DNA of 64,000 nucleotides from Monocercomonoides exilis PA203 (GCA_001643675.2 LSRY02000018.1:1240001-1304000); one strand, 5' to 3'; shown: positions 50,604 to 64,000, counted from the first letter of the stretch. Translations and numbers: made by a program. Notes: generated by a model not told the origin, from the sequence alone.

Positions 50604-53600
50604 TTATTGTTGCTGTTGCTGTTGCTGTTGCAGTTGTTGTTGTTGGAGCTGCTGTTGTTGCTGTCTCTGTATCTGCTGCAGCTGCTGAATCTGCTGCAAT
50701 TGCTGCAGCTGTTGTAACTGCAACTGCAACTGCTGCTGCGTCTGGAGTGATTGAAAGTCTGTAAAATAACCACCAGACAACACTTGCAGAGGAAATGCCT
50801 GTGTATTTGTTGCACCAGCGATAAGTGGCTGAGTAAGGGCATGTGCAGCGAGCTGGGCAGAGGCAGAAGAAGAAGCAGAAGAAGAAGCAGAGGAAGGCGT
50901 GAGCAAAGCAGAAGGAGCAGTCATTGCCTGCACAACAGGATTGGCAGTCAGAGCAGCAGCCAGTGTGCCGAGGGGAACAGAAGTGCTGTCATTCTGTCCT
51001 GTCTTCATGGCTGACACGTTGGACGTTGACAGAAGAGATATGGAAGAGTTCTGTGCTGGTGCAAAGAGAGAAGGCAACTGTGAGTCATTTTGTGGGGCTT
51101 TTCTTGTTTCTCTCTGGCGAAGTGGTGCTGGTGATGGAGAGCGGGACGAGTTGTCAGGAGAAGGTGAATGAGAGAGGGAATTGGAATTAGATCGAGAAGA
51201 GGAAGAAGAACGAGAACGAGAACGAGAACGAGAGGGAGAGCGGGAAGGAGAAGAGGATGGGGTGGAGGAGAGAGAGGCATTTGAAGGAGAGGAAGAAGGA
51301 GAAGGCGAATCTGCATCATCAGAATGAGTCAGATGGGTGGATTGTGGTAGTTGAGAATGAGAAGATGTTAATGAAGAGCTATTCAAAGAAGAAGGAGATG
51401 TTGTTGATGGATTAGCAGCAGCAGCAGTCGAAGAAGAAGAAGAAGAATTAATCACATTATTCAGCGATGCCATTGCACCAGCTGATGAGCTGCCTCGTTG
51501 AACAGGCTGTCCAGAAAGTGATGAAGGCGATGTGTTCATGTTCAGATGCTGCTGACCCAATCCAAACGGAAGCAGCTGCGAAACAGATGGCGGGGTGCTC
51601 AGCAGAGAAAGGAGGGACTGCAGATTGAGTGGAGAAGACAGAGCAGACGAGGAAGAGTTGGCAAGAGAAGTAGCAAGTGCTGCAGCATCAGAGGAAGTGC
51701 CAAGCAGCTGTGAGGCTTGCGATTGGAGTGACTGAAGGAGGGATGAGCTGGAAGGAGAAGAAGATAAAGAGGACAAAGAGGATGCAGATGAGAGAGAAGG
51801 AAGAGAAGAGAGAGAAGAGAGAGAAGGGAGTGCAATGGGCTGAGTTGGCAGTGTGGTGGTTGTTGGCTGAGATGCAGCAGAAGAAGGAATTGTGGAAGAG
51901 GATGATAAATCTGAAGAGGGAGTAGATGATGGCGATGATGAAAGATTTTCTGGAATTACAGAAGAAATCGAAGAAGTGGAAGAAGAAGTCGATGAAGAAG
52001 GTGTTGCCAAAATTGGTGTCTGTATTTGTTGCTGTGCTTGTGCTTGGACAGGCAAATCATTCTGTTGTGGAAGAGCAGAAGAGTCAGACGCTATTTGCTG
52101 GCTCTGAATTTGAGTTTGTGGTTGTGCCAGTGTTTGTGCAATCGCTGGATTCTGCTGTCCTCCTTGCACAATCTGCGCAATCTTAGCCATCTGCTCGTTC
52201 GTCAGCGACAGCATCGCTGCCAGCGCCTCTGCTCCTTTGCCTCCAAACGCTCCTCCTATTCCTCCTGCCCCAGCTCCTCCTTCGCCTTCTCCACTCCCTG
52301 CCGCTGCATTCGGTCCAGACACAGAAGATGCACTTGCTTCACCCGCATTCCCTGCACTGCCTGCATTCAGCGATGCAAACTGAGCTCCGGCTGATGGAAG
52401 TGCCAATCCGCCTCCAGCAGCAAGAGCAGGCAGCGACATCTGTGGCAGCACAGCGCCTGGAAGAAGCCCGCCAAACAGTTGCTGCTCAAGTGTCGTCCCC
52501 TTTCCAGCACCAAACAAAGAGCCAGGAAACATTTGCGAGCCAGTGCCAGTGCCAGTTCCAGAACCAGTGCCAGAGTGAGGGTGAGTGCGAGAGCGAGAAT
52601 GCGAACGAGATCTTGAGTGAGTGTGAGTGTGAGCGTGTGAGTGCCGTGTGTGTCTGCGGGTGGAGTGGCTCTTTCTGTGCCGTCTGTTGTGTGCTCTGTG
52701 TTTGTGATGGCGTCTCCGCCTTGAACGAGAAGCGATACGCGAAACGGAGCAGGAGGGTGTGGTGGAGTATGAGGAATAACCAGAGGAAGAATACGAGCCA
52801 GAGGCTGAGGTGTTTGAGGTGCTGTAGGAGGAAGAAGAGGAAGAAGAGAAGGAGCGGGAGCGGGAGCGGGAGAATGAGTGACTGGCTATCCTGGCAGGTG
52901 TTTGTGCTGTGGATGCACCAGATGAAAGAGAAGATGAAGCAGCAGACTGCGAAAGAGCAGCATCAGAATAAGCAGGTTGCTCATCACGAGAGCTGCGTCT
53001 TCCTCTCTCTCTGCCTCTTTCTCTTTCTCTTTCTCTTTCTCTTTCCCTCTCTCTTCCGATACTGCTGCTGTTTGTGAGGAAAGGATCCAATTGTGGCGGA
53101 GGCAGAGGCAGAAGCGGAGGGGGACGAGAATATGAGGCATAATCGCCAGAAGGCAGATGCCTTTCTCGGCTGTATGAAGAGCGATGTCTGTGAGAGTCGT
53201 GAGTGTGTGAATGAGAATGAGAACGAGAGTGAGAAGAAGAAGAAGAAGAAGATGATGATGATGACAATGAAAGAGAAGAATTTGAGAGCAACGGAAGCAT
53301 TCCGCGGTTGTATGCAAGAGAGACAGGAATAATGGAGCTTGAAGGTGTTTTGAGGAGAGGATCAACATTGACAGGCATCCGAGAATAGGGAGATGCGAAA
53401 GAAGGTGTATGAGAAAGAGGAGAGGAGGAAGAAGATGATGATGAACGATTTGACTTATATGAAGAAGAAGAAGAAGATGATGATGATAATGATGATGAAA
53501 GAGGTGGTACTGGTGGTGTATCTAGCAGATGTTGATGAGAAATACCTGGCTGGCTGATGCTGTCTTTAAATCTACTCCTTCAATGGATCATTCAAACAGA

Positions 53601-55172
53601 TAGGTGAAAAGTGAACAAATCAAAAAAGAAAAGATGTTGAGTTAAAAGTTGAAGAAAAGCAAATTGGTTATAAATTGAAGAAGAACATATGACAAGAAGA
53701 TGATAGATAAATATGTGTTTCATAAGAAAACGTGAAATATTCATCCAAATAATCGATGAAGAAAAATGAAATATTCATATTTGTATCAAAAGTGATTGAT
53801 GATGATGATGATACAATAATGACAATGTTGTTGTTGATTCAAAAATTTGAATATCCAATTTCATTTGATAGAAATATTGTGTGCAACGTCATATTTCCCA
53901 AAGATTGTGAATAAAAAATTGAGCAAGATATTGAACAACAATTTACATAAATGAAGAAGTTCACATGATCACACGCAAATAAAAGATGAAGCATATATTA
54001 TTACGCAGACAATCATTTTCCGAATATGACCATACAACAGCACATACATCACATGTACCAAAAATGATGCCATTTGAGAAGATGATCGCATAGCGAATAA
54101 ATGATTGCATGTACAAAGTGAATTGACATAATTATTTGAAATTGAAAGGATATGAAGATAAAGAAATAAGTGTTTTGCAATGTTAATAAAACAATGATGA
54201 ATGAGTGTGATTAATGCAAACATTGGTTCTCTCTCTGCATACGCAACGATCAGCTCACACCCATGAAACATTGTTCTGTCCAATGCTTTCTTAGCTCGCT
54301 CTGCTTCTTCTTTTGTCTCAAATAAAATATGGGCAAACGACCCCTTTTTGACTGTGGTTAGCACTCTTCCATATTGTGAGAAGTGCCTCGTAAGAGCCTG
54401 ATATGGTGTATGAACAGGATCAAAACCAACAACAAACAGTGTCCTACTTGGTGGCGCTGTGCGTTGTTGCAATTCTTCCTTCACCCTCCTAAAGAGATGA
54501 TAACAGATGAATGATGAATATTTATATATTAGATGTTTTCACATGCTGTTTTATCTTACTTTCGTTCATTGAACGCTGAACGATAATTGGATTCTCTCCA
54601 CTGACTAAAATACGATTTGTCAGTTCTTCAATAGCTTTCTGATGATCTCCACGCAATAAAACAAACGCATAACCCCGTTTCATTTCTGTTGAATAATATT
54701 AATAAAAGAGTAATCAAGTAATGAAAGTTGGTTCAAGAAGAAACTGAATAAAAAAACCAATTTTCAGCACTTTTCCATAAGGTTTAAAAATTTCCCTTAA
54801 ATCTGAAGTTCTAGTCGAAACGGATATGTTGGAAACATGAAGAGACACAGCTTCATCAATCTCCTTTAATTGTTCATTTGAACAATGTTGATTACTTGAA
54901 GGCTCATCATCTTCAATTGGAATATATTCTGGTTCAGGTGACATATGTTGTTGATGCTCGACCGTGCTTTCGATTTCCCCTTCCTCTAAATCTGCATTTT
55001 TTTGAGGTGAAACTTGTTGATATTCATTAATGTCTGCATTTCCCCCAGAGTTTGGGGATTCCTCTTGATGCATTGAAGGAGAAGGTAAATCTCTAATAGG
55101 GGAAGATTGTTTGCTTGGTTCATCCTCAATTTCTTCAAGAGGATCAGGTGAAGGAGATCTTATCCTTGACAT
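50604..55172 (-). CDS. two-RRM SR-like RNA-binding protein with RS/RE repeats, long low-complexity region and C-terminal poly-Q
   Basis: RRM1 LHVSNI...DLREIFKPYGKVLKIEMKRGYAFV (spliced at 54758/54685); RRM2 TLFVVGFDP...HFSQYG...SFAHILFET; last exon includes the 924-aa ORF. The join to the last exon is inferred. Confidence 0.75.
50607..50740 (-). repeat. CAG/CAA poly-Gln coding repeat at the C-terminus
   Basis: Seen directly. Confidence 0.9.
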
Positions 55173-56082
55173 AAAAAAAATTAAATATTTGATCTTGACA
55201 TTTTTAATATGTTTTTCTTTATCAAAAATTCAATTTTCGACTGGTCAATCATTTTGTCTTTAAAAATTGTGCGAAATGTTAATAGAATATCTCAAAACAA
55301 TATTCGTATTGAGAAGAATTATGAATTTTATATTCGGACAAATGAAATGAAAATATATTTTCTTAACAACTAATGTGTCATCACGCACTAAATAACAGCG
55401 TTGGTGAACGCAATAATTCTCATAAATTAAATAAAAATCTTTAACAAAGCTGCTTTTCAATTTATTTAGAATTAATAAATGAAAGATAAAAAGAATGAAA
55501 TTAGCAAACGTTTAAGAAAAAAGGAGTTAAATCCATTCTCACGGAATGAAAGAGAAACAGCAAAAGAGTGACGAAGAAAGAAAACGAAAGAGCATCAGAT
55601 TTCTTGTAAAAGAATATATTAAAAAAAAAAATTCAGAAAATTTGAAAAGCTTATGAATTTGAGATAATTTCTGATAAAATCACTAAAATATTCTGTCAAA
55701 AAGATTGGTGATGATATTCAATTGTCATGTTCACTGGACATTACATGAAGCTGAGAAATAAAAGATATTTGACAAAGAAGGAGATAAATAATTGGGAAAA
55801 AAAAAAAAAAACGAGAATAAAATTAAATACATAAAATTAAATAAAATTTGAATGAAAATATTTCTTTTTTTATGCCTTTTGCTTTCATGTTATTTGAAAG
55901 AGAGTATTTTTATTGTTAACACAAGATAGAACATGAAAAGAGGAAAAAATAAACTGAAAAAATTAATAAGTTAAATACTGATAAAGTGAAATAGGAAGAA
56001 TTTGAAGAAAGAAAGAAAGAAAAAAAAAGAAAACAGAAAGATAACAACAAATAAGCAAATGAAATGGAAGCTGAAACACAAT

Positions 56083-57275
56083 CTATGAAGAAGAATCCAA
56101 CTCACTTTCTTCGACTTTTTCGCTTCTTTCTTCATTGCTCTTGTCTTCATTACCTGCTTCTGCATTATCATCATCAACTACTTTTGCTTCAGCTTCTTCC
56201 TCTGCTTTTTCTTTTTCTTCTTCTTCTTCTTTTTGTTCATATTGTTCTTTTGCTTCATCAATTTTTTCATCTTCGTCTCCTTTTTTCTCTTCATTTTCTT
56301 CATTTTCATCTGTTTCTTTTGTTTCTTCTTTCTCTTCTCCTTCATCTTTTCCTTCTTCTTCATTCAAAATTTCATTTTCCTTTTCTTGTTCTGCTTCTCT
56401 TCTTTCTTCTTGTTCATCTGCTTCTTCTTTTACAGCTATGCTTTCTTTTGCTTCTGTCACTTCAGCATTTTGCGGTTCAATTTCTTCCTCTCTTTTTTGT
56501 TTTTCTTCTTTTTTGGTTTCTTCTTCACCTTCCTCTTCACCTTTCTCTTCTTCTCTCTCTTCTTTCTCCTCCTTCTCTTCTTTTTCAAGTGTGTCTGATT
56601 CATTCAACAGTTCATTCTTTTCGATCTTTTCTTCAGTTTTATTCATCTCACTTTCAACAACATCTTTTTCTTCTTTCTCTTCTTCTGCTTTTTCTTCTTT
56701 TTCTTTCTCTTCTTTTTCTCCTTCCATTTCTTCCTTCTCTTCTAATTGCACATTATTTTGTTCTGTCTCTTTTTGACTCTCACTTGCTTTGATATCTTCA
56801 TCCTTTGTTTGCTCTTCAGCTTCTTCCACATTTTGGCTCTTTTCTTCTAATTCTCTTTCTCTTTCTCTATCTTCTTCTTCTTTTCCCTCTTTTTCATTCT
56901 CTTCCTTCTCTTCCTTTTCTTTCTCTTCCTTCTCCTCCTCACTTATTTTTTCTTCTTTCTCCTTCCTCTCTCTTTCCTCTTCTTTTTCTTCCATTTTTTC
57001 TTTCTCTTCATCCTTCTCTTCATCCTTCTTTTCTTCCTTTTCTTCTTCCTTTTCTTCTTTCTTCTCTTCTTCTTCTTCATCAAATTCTTCTTTTGTCTCG
57101 TAAATTATCGAAGGAACAGAGCGATGGAAGCAAATCACCTCAACAGATGGGCTCTTCTCCATGTGTGGCTGATCGTCTGATGGGTTATTATTATTATTGT
57201 CATCTTCATTAACATTATTGTTATTTTCATTATCATTTTCTTCTTCATGAGAAGAAGAAGAAGAAGAAGAAGAAG

Positions 57276-57307
<32 letters not shown>

Positions 57308-60300
57308 TCAGAAAAGGAAGAAGAATCTGATGATTGTTGTTGCATGTTTCCATCATCCATCAAATTCGATTCGTCTGCCATTTCTTCATTGGCGTTATCA
57401 GATTTTTCATTCATTTCTTCCTTTTGAGTGTTTTCAATTTCTTCATTGGAAGAAGAAGAAGATGATGAAGAATTATCTTCCTTTTTTGGAGAAGCAGCAG
57501 AAGAAGGAGCAGAAGGAGAGGAAGAAACATCATCTCCATCATCACCAACAGCATTATTTCTTGCAGGAGATGGCTGAGCCAATGACTCATTCACAGCAAC
57601 AGGTGAATTATCATCTTCCTTCTTCTTCTTCTTCTTCTTGTTCTTCTTCTCCCCTTCTGCCTTGTATATTGCTTCAGGTGTGTTGTGGAAGATTTGTGTG
57701 CCAGAAGCAGCAGCAGATGCAAGCAATTCGTCTTTTTCCTTCGTCTTTTGGAATTTTCGATGGAAAACAGCAGAATAATCGATGAAGGCCTGCTGATGAC
57801 GAATAACTGGCTGGGAGAGGATGTCGAGGCGAGAAGGAGAAGAAGAGGAAGGAGAAGAAGAGGAGGAAGAAGAAGAGGAGGAAGAAGAAGAGGAAGAAGA
57901 AGGAGAATGAGAAGGAGAAGAAGGAGTGCTATATCGTGCGTGTGAATAGGAATTTGTTGGAGAAGAAGAAGCAGATGAAGATTGAGAGGAGGAAGGAGAA
58001 GGAGAACATGAGGGAGAATTAGAACAAGAATTGGAAGGAGAAGAAGAAGGAGAAGAAGAAGGAGAAGAAGAAGGAGAAGAGGAAGCTGATTGATTATTAT
58101 ATCTATACGGTGTTTGCTTTGCTTTATCAGCATATTCATCATCTTCTTCATTTGTCTCTTCTTTTCCATCTTCTTCTTCTCCTTCTTCTTTTATTTGTTT
58201 CTCTTCAGTTTCTTTTTGTTCTGTCTGGCAGTATTCTGACTCTTCAATTGATCGTTCAGTTTCATTTCTGCTGCCTCTAACTTCCTCTTCTTCTTCCTCT
58301 TCTTCTTCCTCCTCCTCTTCTTCCTCTTCCTTCTCCCTCTCCCCCACAACCCCCCTCTTCTCCTCCCTCTCCTTCCTCACTTTCACCCTCTCCTCCTCGC
58401 TCTGCCTCTTCACATGCAGCACCGTCGCACTCAGCACCTCCATTTCATTGACATCTCTGTTCCCTTCCAGCAGAGGCGAAGGATGAACGGCAGAAATCGG
58501 AGGTTCGATTGGCTGCTGCTTCAGAAGAGAAAGAGAAGACGGATCGAGCGAAGGAGCAGATAGAGTGGGGGAGGAGGTGACGAAGAAGGCGCGATTGAAG
58601 GAAGAGGAAGTGGAGGAAAGAAGAGAAGAAGATAAAGAAGGAGCTGCTTTTCGAGTGGAAGAAGAAGAAGTATGAGAAGAAGACAGAGGTGAAATGGAGC
58701 GAAGAGACACGATTGAACCAGAAGTTGATTCGAAGACGACGTCAGCTGGGAGAATGGAACGTTTGTTGGGTTTGGCTGTTGAAGAAGAAGAAGAAGAAGA
58801 AGAAGAAGAAGAAGAAGAAGAAGAAGAAGAAGAAGAGGAGGAGGAGGAGGAGGAGGAGGAGGAGGAGGATGAGGAGGAGGAAGAAGATGATGATGACAAT
58901 GAAGAAGAAGAAGAAGACATTAGGGTGTGATAAGGGAATTGTGGTGAAGGATAAGATAGAATTGGCTGAGAAGGGTATTTTGAGAAGGAAGAAGAAGAAG
59001 AAGAGAAGGAGGAAGAAGAAGAGATGGAGGTAGAAGAAGCATTCATGAAATTATATGTATTCATCCCACTTCCTTCAACAATATATTCAAAGTAACTTTC
59101 TCTTCCATTCTCTTCCTCATTCTCGTTCTCATTCTCGTTCTCGTTCTCACTCCCTTCTTCCTTCTCCTTTCTGTTTGCTTCTTCCAACTCCCTCTTAATC
59201 TCTTCTTCTCTCTCCAGCAGCTCCCTCTCCTTCTTCTGCCTCTCTCTCTCTTCTCTCGTCAGCACAAACACCTCTTCACCTCTCAGCTCGGCCTCCTTCG
59301 CCGCCCTCTTCAGATCCTGCTCTGCCATCTCGTACAGCACATTCCCTGGCTTTATCCCTGCTTTGATGAGCGATTCTTTTCTTGATGCCAACACTGCTAT
59401 CATTGGCAGATCTGTCTGTTCGGTTGCTTCCAAACTCAGACGCTGTGGGCTGAGCGATCGGGTACCTCGTCTGATTGTTTTGGTGATTGGCATTGAGCGA
59501 CGGAGATTGTTGGAAGAAGAAGAAGAAGAAGAAGACGAAGAAGAGGAGGAAGAAGAAGAAATAGAAGATGATGCAGGGTGGAGCAGAAGCTGTTGTCTTT
59601 TGAGGCGCTGTGCAGACTGATCCATCCACACGGGGTATTGTCCATTCACAAGCACCACACCCCGATCAGCAAATGGATGAGAAGAAGATGATGAAGAAGA
59701 AAAAGGCAATGAAAGGGAGGCATTCATTGGATATGATGGATATGCATTGGAGGTGTTTGGAGAAGGAGAAGAAGAAGCAGCAAAAGCAGTAGAAGAGGAA
59801 GAAGCTGTTGTTTGATTAGCACCAACTAGTTTGGAATCAATGAATTGCAGGCTGTCAGCTGAGCCTGTGACAAACGTAGCAGTTGATGAAGGAACAGGAA
59901 CAGACGATGAAATCTCACTTTTATCCATACTCTTCCCATCATTCGCTGCTTCTGCTCCTGCTGCTGTTGTTTCATCTTCTTTTCCTTCTCCTTCTTTTCC
60001 TTCTTTTCCTTCTTTTCCTTCTTTCTCCTTCTCTTCCTCCATCCTCTCCTCCACCACTGTCTCACACACTGTACTCGCCACACACGAGTCTCTTCCTCCA
60101 TAAAGCGCAAAATCCACATCATCCGGCACAAACCCCAATCCATCTCCATATTTCCCTCCTCCTCTTCTTCCTCCTCTGCTGCCCCATCCCTTGAAGCACA
60201 GCTCATCTTCTTTGTAAGGGTTCCAGTATGTCAGATAGCGTGATGTCTTGAAGGGAGGACGGTTTGCCAGCTCTTCTTCGATCTTCTGCTGCTGTTTGGG

Positions 60301-62015
60301 AGACTTGGAAGGAACAAACTTGCGGAAGCGGAAGAAAGAAGAAGGAGCAGTAGAGTCAAGGGAAGTTCTGTTGATGTTGTTTATGTTGCTGTTTTGAGAT
60401 GATTGCGATGCTGCTGATGTGCGAAGTGTTTGAGAAGAAGAAGGAAGAGGAGAAGAGGAAGAAGAGGAAGAAGAAGAAGCAGAAACAGCAGCAAGCATTT
60501 GATTGTTTGTCTGGTCTAAACCGCTTTCCACTGATTGCTCAACATCCATCTGATGCTGCGAATCATAAGACTGACTCACTGCCAATTCATTTCTTCCTCT
60601 GCTTTCCTTCTCCTTTCTTTTAAAACTCGAATCAAATCCATCTCTTCTCCCTTCTCCCTTTTCCGCCCCGTTGTCTGTTCCTGTCACTTCCCGCGCCATC
60701 TTCAGCAGCTCCTCCAGTTCTTTCGTCTTCATCCCGCCCAAACCTCCTCTTTGCGCAAACTTCATTGTAATCACTGGCGACTCATCGGAATCGAAAATAG
60801 AGCGAGAAAAAGCAGCTGTGGGTGGGTTTGCCTGCTTTTGCCGGCGCGGCTGGAGCGAATGATGGATGGCAGCAGCAGTGCGATTCATTGAGTCTCTTTC
60901 TGTTGTCCTTCCTCGCTCATTCTGCTGTGAGCGGGTAGGGAAGGTGCTGTTGTGTCTGTTTGTGGTTGACTGCTCATTGGGAGAAGAAGATGATGATGGC
61001 GAGTCTTGTGAATGAAGCGACGCCCGAGAAGAAGAGCGGCGTTGGTCAACAGAATTTGCGACTATTGGATAATTTAATCGTGCAACAGGAACTGACCGCA
61101 TGCTGCCTCTCTCCTTTGAGGCGCTAATTTCTGAAGTTGGGCATTTTTCTTTTTCAGTGCTTTTTGGGTTGAGTTCTTCGATCATATAGACAGCATCCCC
61201 AACTCTAAATGGATTTTTCATCAACTTTGAGATTTGCTTTGGCGTAAGTGTTGATAGTGAGAAAGACGCTTTATTATTACCTGTCTTGTTTCCCTGGCCA
61301 TTCACTGATGAATTTGTATTTGAAAATGAAGTTGTTGAAGTGGCTAATTGTTGAGTTGAAAATTTTGCCTTCTTAGATTTGCTTGTTGACCTATACGTCT
61401 CTCTAATTATGGAAGAAGAATATTTGAATTTTGTTTCTGGAGATGGTAATTGAACAGCTTTTTCTAATAAGCTTGCTGTTGTATCCGACAGAGGTTTTTC
61501 TGATTTTGGAACTTGTTCCTTTGAATCAGAATTTACTTTGCATGCTTTTGCATTTTCCTTTGCGCTTTTGTTTGATGACTTTGATCTCGAACGTTGCGTA
61601 TTATGAAAGCAAGAATAATTCATTTTGTCTTGTTCTGTTAAACCCGAAGAACCATTTCTTATGATTTCCAATGAAGTCCGCATTGACTTCATCAGTTCAA
61701 CATAATGAGATGAAGATTTTGGTGAAGTATCACTGGAGGATGGAAAGTTTGATTTATCTGAAGTTATCGATGAATCTTATTATAAAACATAATAAAACAC
61801 AATTATTTAATAATTTTTGACAAATATATTATACCTTGCGATAGAAGTTCATTGCTTTTTGATGTATCCTTTTATTATTTTTAAAAATTCATTTGTTTTG
61901 ATTGAAAAGTAGGATTTCAATAAAATTCGAATCGAACACATTTATAACAAAAAATATCTTACTAATTAAATATTATACAATAAACCTCATCGACTGAAGA
62001 TGCAATCGTTGACAT
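56083..62015 (-). CDS. very large (~1900 aa) low-complexity Ser/Glu/Lys-rich hypothetical protein
   Basis: 1869-codon open frame plus two small upstream exons (ATG at 62015, MSTIASSVDE|GTTTAT; exon ~61835-61868); no recognisable domain. Confidence 0.8.
58781..58917. repeat. (GAA)/(GAG)/(GAT) coding microsatellite (poly-Ser on the minus strand)
   Basis: Seen directly. Confidence 0.9.
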
Positions 62016-62198
62016 TTAGCTGGAAATGCCGAAAAAACAATTCTTCTTGATCATCCCCACTTTTTTCATTCACAAAAATCTTTGAATCAATTATTCAAGA
62101 AAATACGTTTTTATCTTTAAAAATTTTTGTTTTATTCAAACTCAAATTAAAAAATATAAACATTTAAGGTTTAGTTAAAGCTATTTCAGACACAGCGT

Positions 62199-62468
62199 TC
62201 ATTTCTCAATAATTAATGCTTTCTCACCGAAAAGCTGCTTAATTTGATCTTCTGCTTGCGAAATAACTGCATCAAATTCATTTTGAATTATTTGAATTTT
62301 TTGTTCCGTGATATGGCAGAGGTATTCTTCCACGGTTAAGTCTTCGAGATCTGAATTCTTTGCTACGACTTCTTCATCTGGGTAAATTATATAAAAATAA
62401 AAACATATCATTTAAAATAAGAACTTGAGATCAGAAAATATCATACTGTCTTCCTTTTCTTGTTCCAT
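62199..62468 (-). CDS. small (~67 aa) two-exon helical protein; candidate helix-only Survivin/BORI-like CPC subunit
   Basis: ATG at 62468, GTATGA donor, CAG acceptor near 62379; product MEQEKEDNEEVVAKNSDLEDLTVEEYLCHITEQKIQIIQNEFDAVISQAEDQIKQLFGEKALIIEK. Confidence 0.6.
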
Positions 62469-62671
62469 AGGCTGAAAAGGAAAAATTTGTAATCTTGAAT
62501 AAAGAAATATGGGGTTATATTTGAAACTTTTATTATTTGTTTCAAAAAGAAATAAATCCACACAGCAAAAGTATCAAAACGATGAATTCATATTTGTGTT
62601 ATTTTTTATTTTTATTAAAAAAAAAATTAAAACAACAAAATTCTAAAAATAAATTTTTTTTGAAATGATTT

Positions 62672-63899
62672 TTAATAATGCGGAGTTAAAAATGAATCAT
62701 CAACAGGATACTGAGGAGCAGTTATCAATTGATTTTGCGATCCTGGAGTAACCATCGAAGCCCCATACTGCGCTGTATTTTGCTGCGTTCCTGTGAATTG
62801 CACTCCAGCATTCTCGTCCATTAATGAAATGCCATCTTGCTCTTTAGCTTCATCTGAAATGATTGTGTGTTCCATTGCTTCATACTCCTCTTTCCTTTTG
62901 TTGTGTTTATGAACCTCTTCCAGCACCAGCCCTGCTGACTTCTCAATATGTACATTGCCACATCGTGTGTACTGCTCCAGCACTTCTATTGTTTCTGGCT
63001 CATCCATAGCTTGTGCAACCACATTGAAAGGAACAGAATCAGCAGTGAAATGAAGAGCATTGCTACTTTCTCCTGTTCTGTCATCGACCATCTCATCTGC
63101 CTGCATCCTGTTGCTAGCACTGTTATCATCATCTCCTTCATCATCTCCTTCTTCGTCATCGTCACTTAATTCTTCAATCATCATCGTTCCAGTTCTTGTT
63201 ATTCTCTCTTCTCTCTTCTTCTTCTTCTTCTCCTCTTTCATCATTCCCATCCCTATCTCGCTCCTTTCTGCCATCTGCCTCTTTCTGGCGAGTTCTGCCT
63301 CGTCCAGCATCTCCTTCAGCACCAACAACACAATTCCATCCACTTTCAGTGAAAAGCGATGGATGCAGAGAATCATTGCCTTGATGACTTCTTTGCAGGA
63401 CAATACAGCAAATGAGATGGAAGGGGGAGAAGGATGCACAGACAGGTAGCGAATGGCAAAGAGGAGCTCAATTGCCACTTCTGTTGGACCAGCCACAAGC
63501 GCAGGGACGATGTGGCGAAGGAGGCCGTGTTGAAGGAGATGGGAAGACTGATAGGGGGGAGGGGGGAGGATATGTAGAATAGGGAAATAAAGGAGAAATT
63601 GAAATTAGACATATGCGTATGGATTGATATGAAAGATTAATGATTGAGGAGAAAGTGATAAAAAAAAATGAAATTTTTGAAAAGAAAATTTTTCAAAAAA
63701 AAAAAAAAAAAAAAAAGAAAAAGAAAAGTTAGAAATAAATAAGTCCATATAACTCCAAAATAAATAGAATTCCTGCAAACCGTATAAGCATCGCGACATG
63801 AAAGATTAGCAACAGAACAAGCACATTGGTATCTGACACTGACAGCCTGATGGCAAAGCAGCAGAATCATCAGTCGGACACAGTCTGTTGTGAAAAGAG
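62672..63899 (-). CDS. 3' part of an ARM-repeat, divergent importin-alpha-like protein (continues beyond the window)
   Basis: Exons ~63899-63781 (VRYQCACSVANLS) and ~63546-62672; NVVAQAMDEPETIEVLEQYTRCGNVHIEKSAGLVLE resembles the last ARM repeat of importin alpha. Confidence 0.55.
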
Positions 63900-64000
63900 G
63901 CTAATCAGAGTAATTCATTGAGAATTATATATAGATGCAACGAATTGTTATTCATTTATATGTATGTCAGAAATATTAAAAACATAAGTAATGTTTTCAG

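Noticed and set aside
1-64000. Host TAR-to-Gln genetic code
   Set aside because: Long conserved genes have no internal TAA/TAG, and UBA5 and PMCA end in TAA at the expected positions.
1-64000. tRNA, rRNA or CRISPR loci
   Set aside because: None recognised by eye; tRNAscan-SE/Infernal would be needed to exclude small RNAs.

Overview
Eukaryotic, AT-rich genomic DNA with short introns (GTTTGT/GTTTGA/GTATGC donors), standard genetic code (intact genes end in TAA/TGA) and abundant poly-Ser/poly-Glu tracts. The style and gene families most resemble an oxymonad (Monocercomonoides-like); this is an inference, not a search result. The window has two compartments. (1) About 1-27.5 kb is a mobile/accessory zone: a TA-flanked hairpin MITE, a second inverted-repeat element, a decayed pogo-type DD35D transposon, an eIF4A-like pseudogene, and a giant beta-helix/TM/pseudokinase gene. 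That gene is split in frame by a 5.44-kb TIR element carrying decayed captured gene fragments; removing the element and one target-site duplication rejoins the 1743-aa and 997-aa ORFs into one ~2712-aa ORF. (2) About 28-64 kb is a compact housekeeping zone: UBA5, a long pseudokinase gene head-to-head with a DeSI/PPPDE peptidase, V-ATPase subunit A head-to-head with a PMCA-type Ca2+-ATPase, a two-RRM SR-like protein resembling the plant RS subfamily, a very long low-complexity protein, a candidate helix-only Survivin/BORI protein and an importin-alpha-like ARM gene running off the end. Two more MITEs lie at ~41-42 kb. Exon boundaries were inferred by eye.
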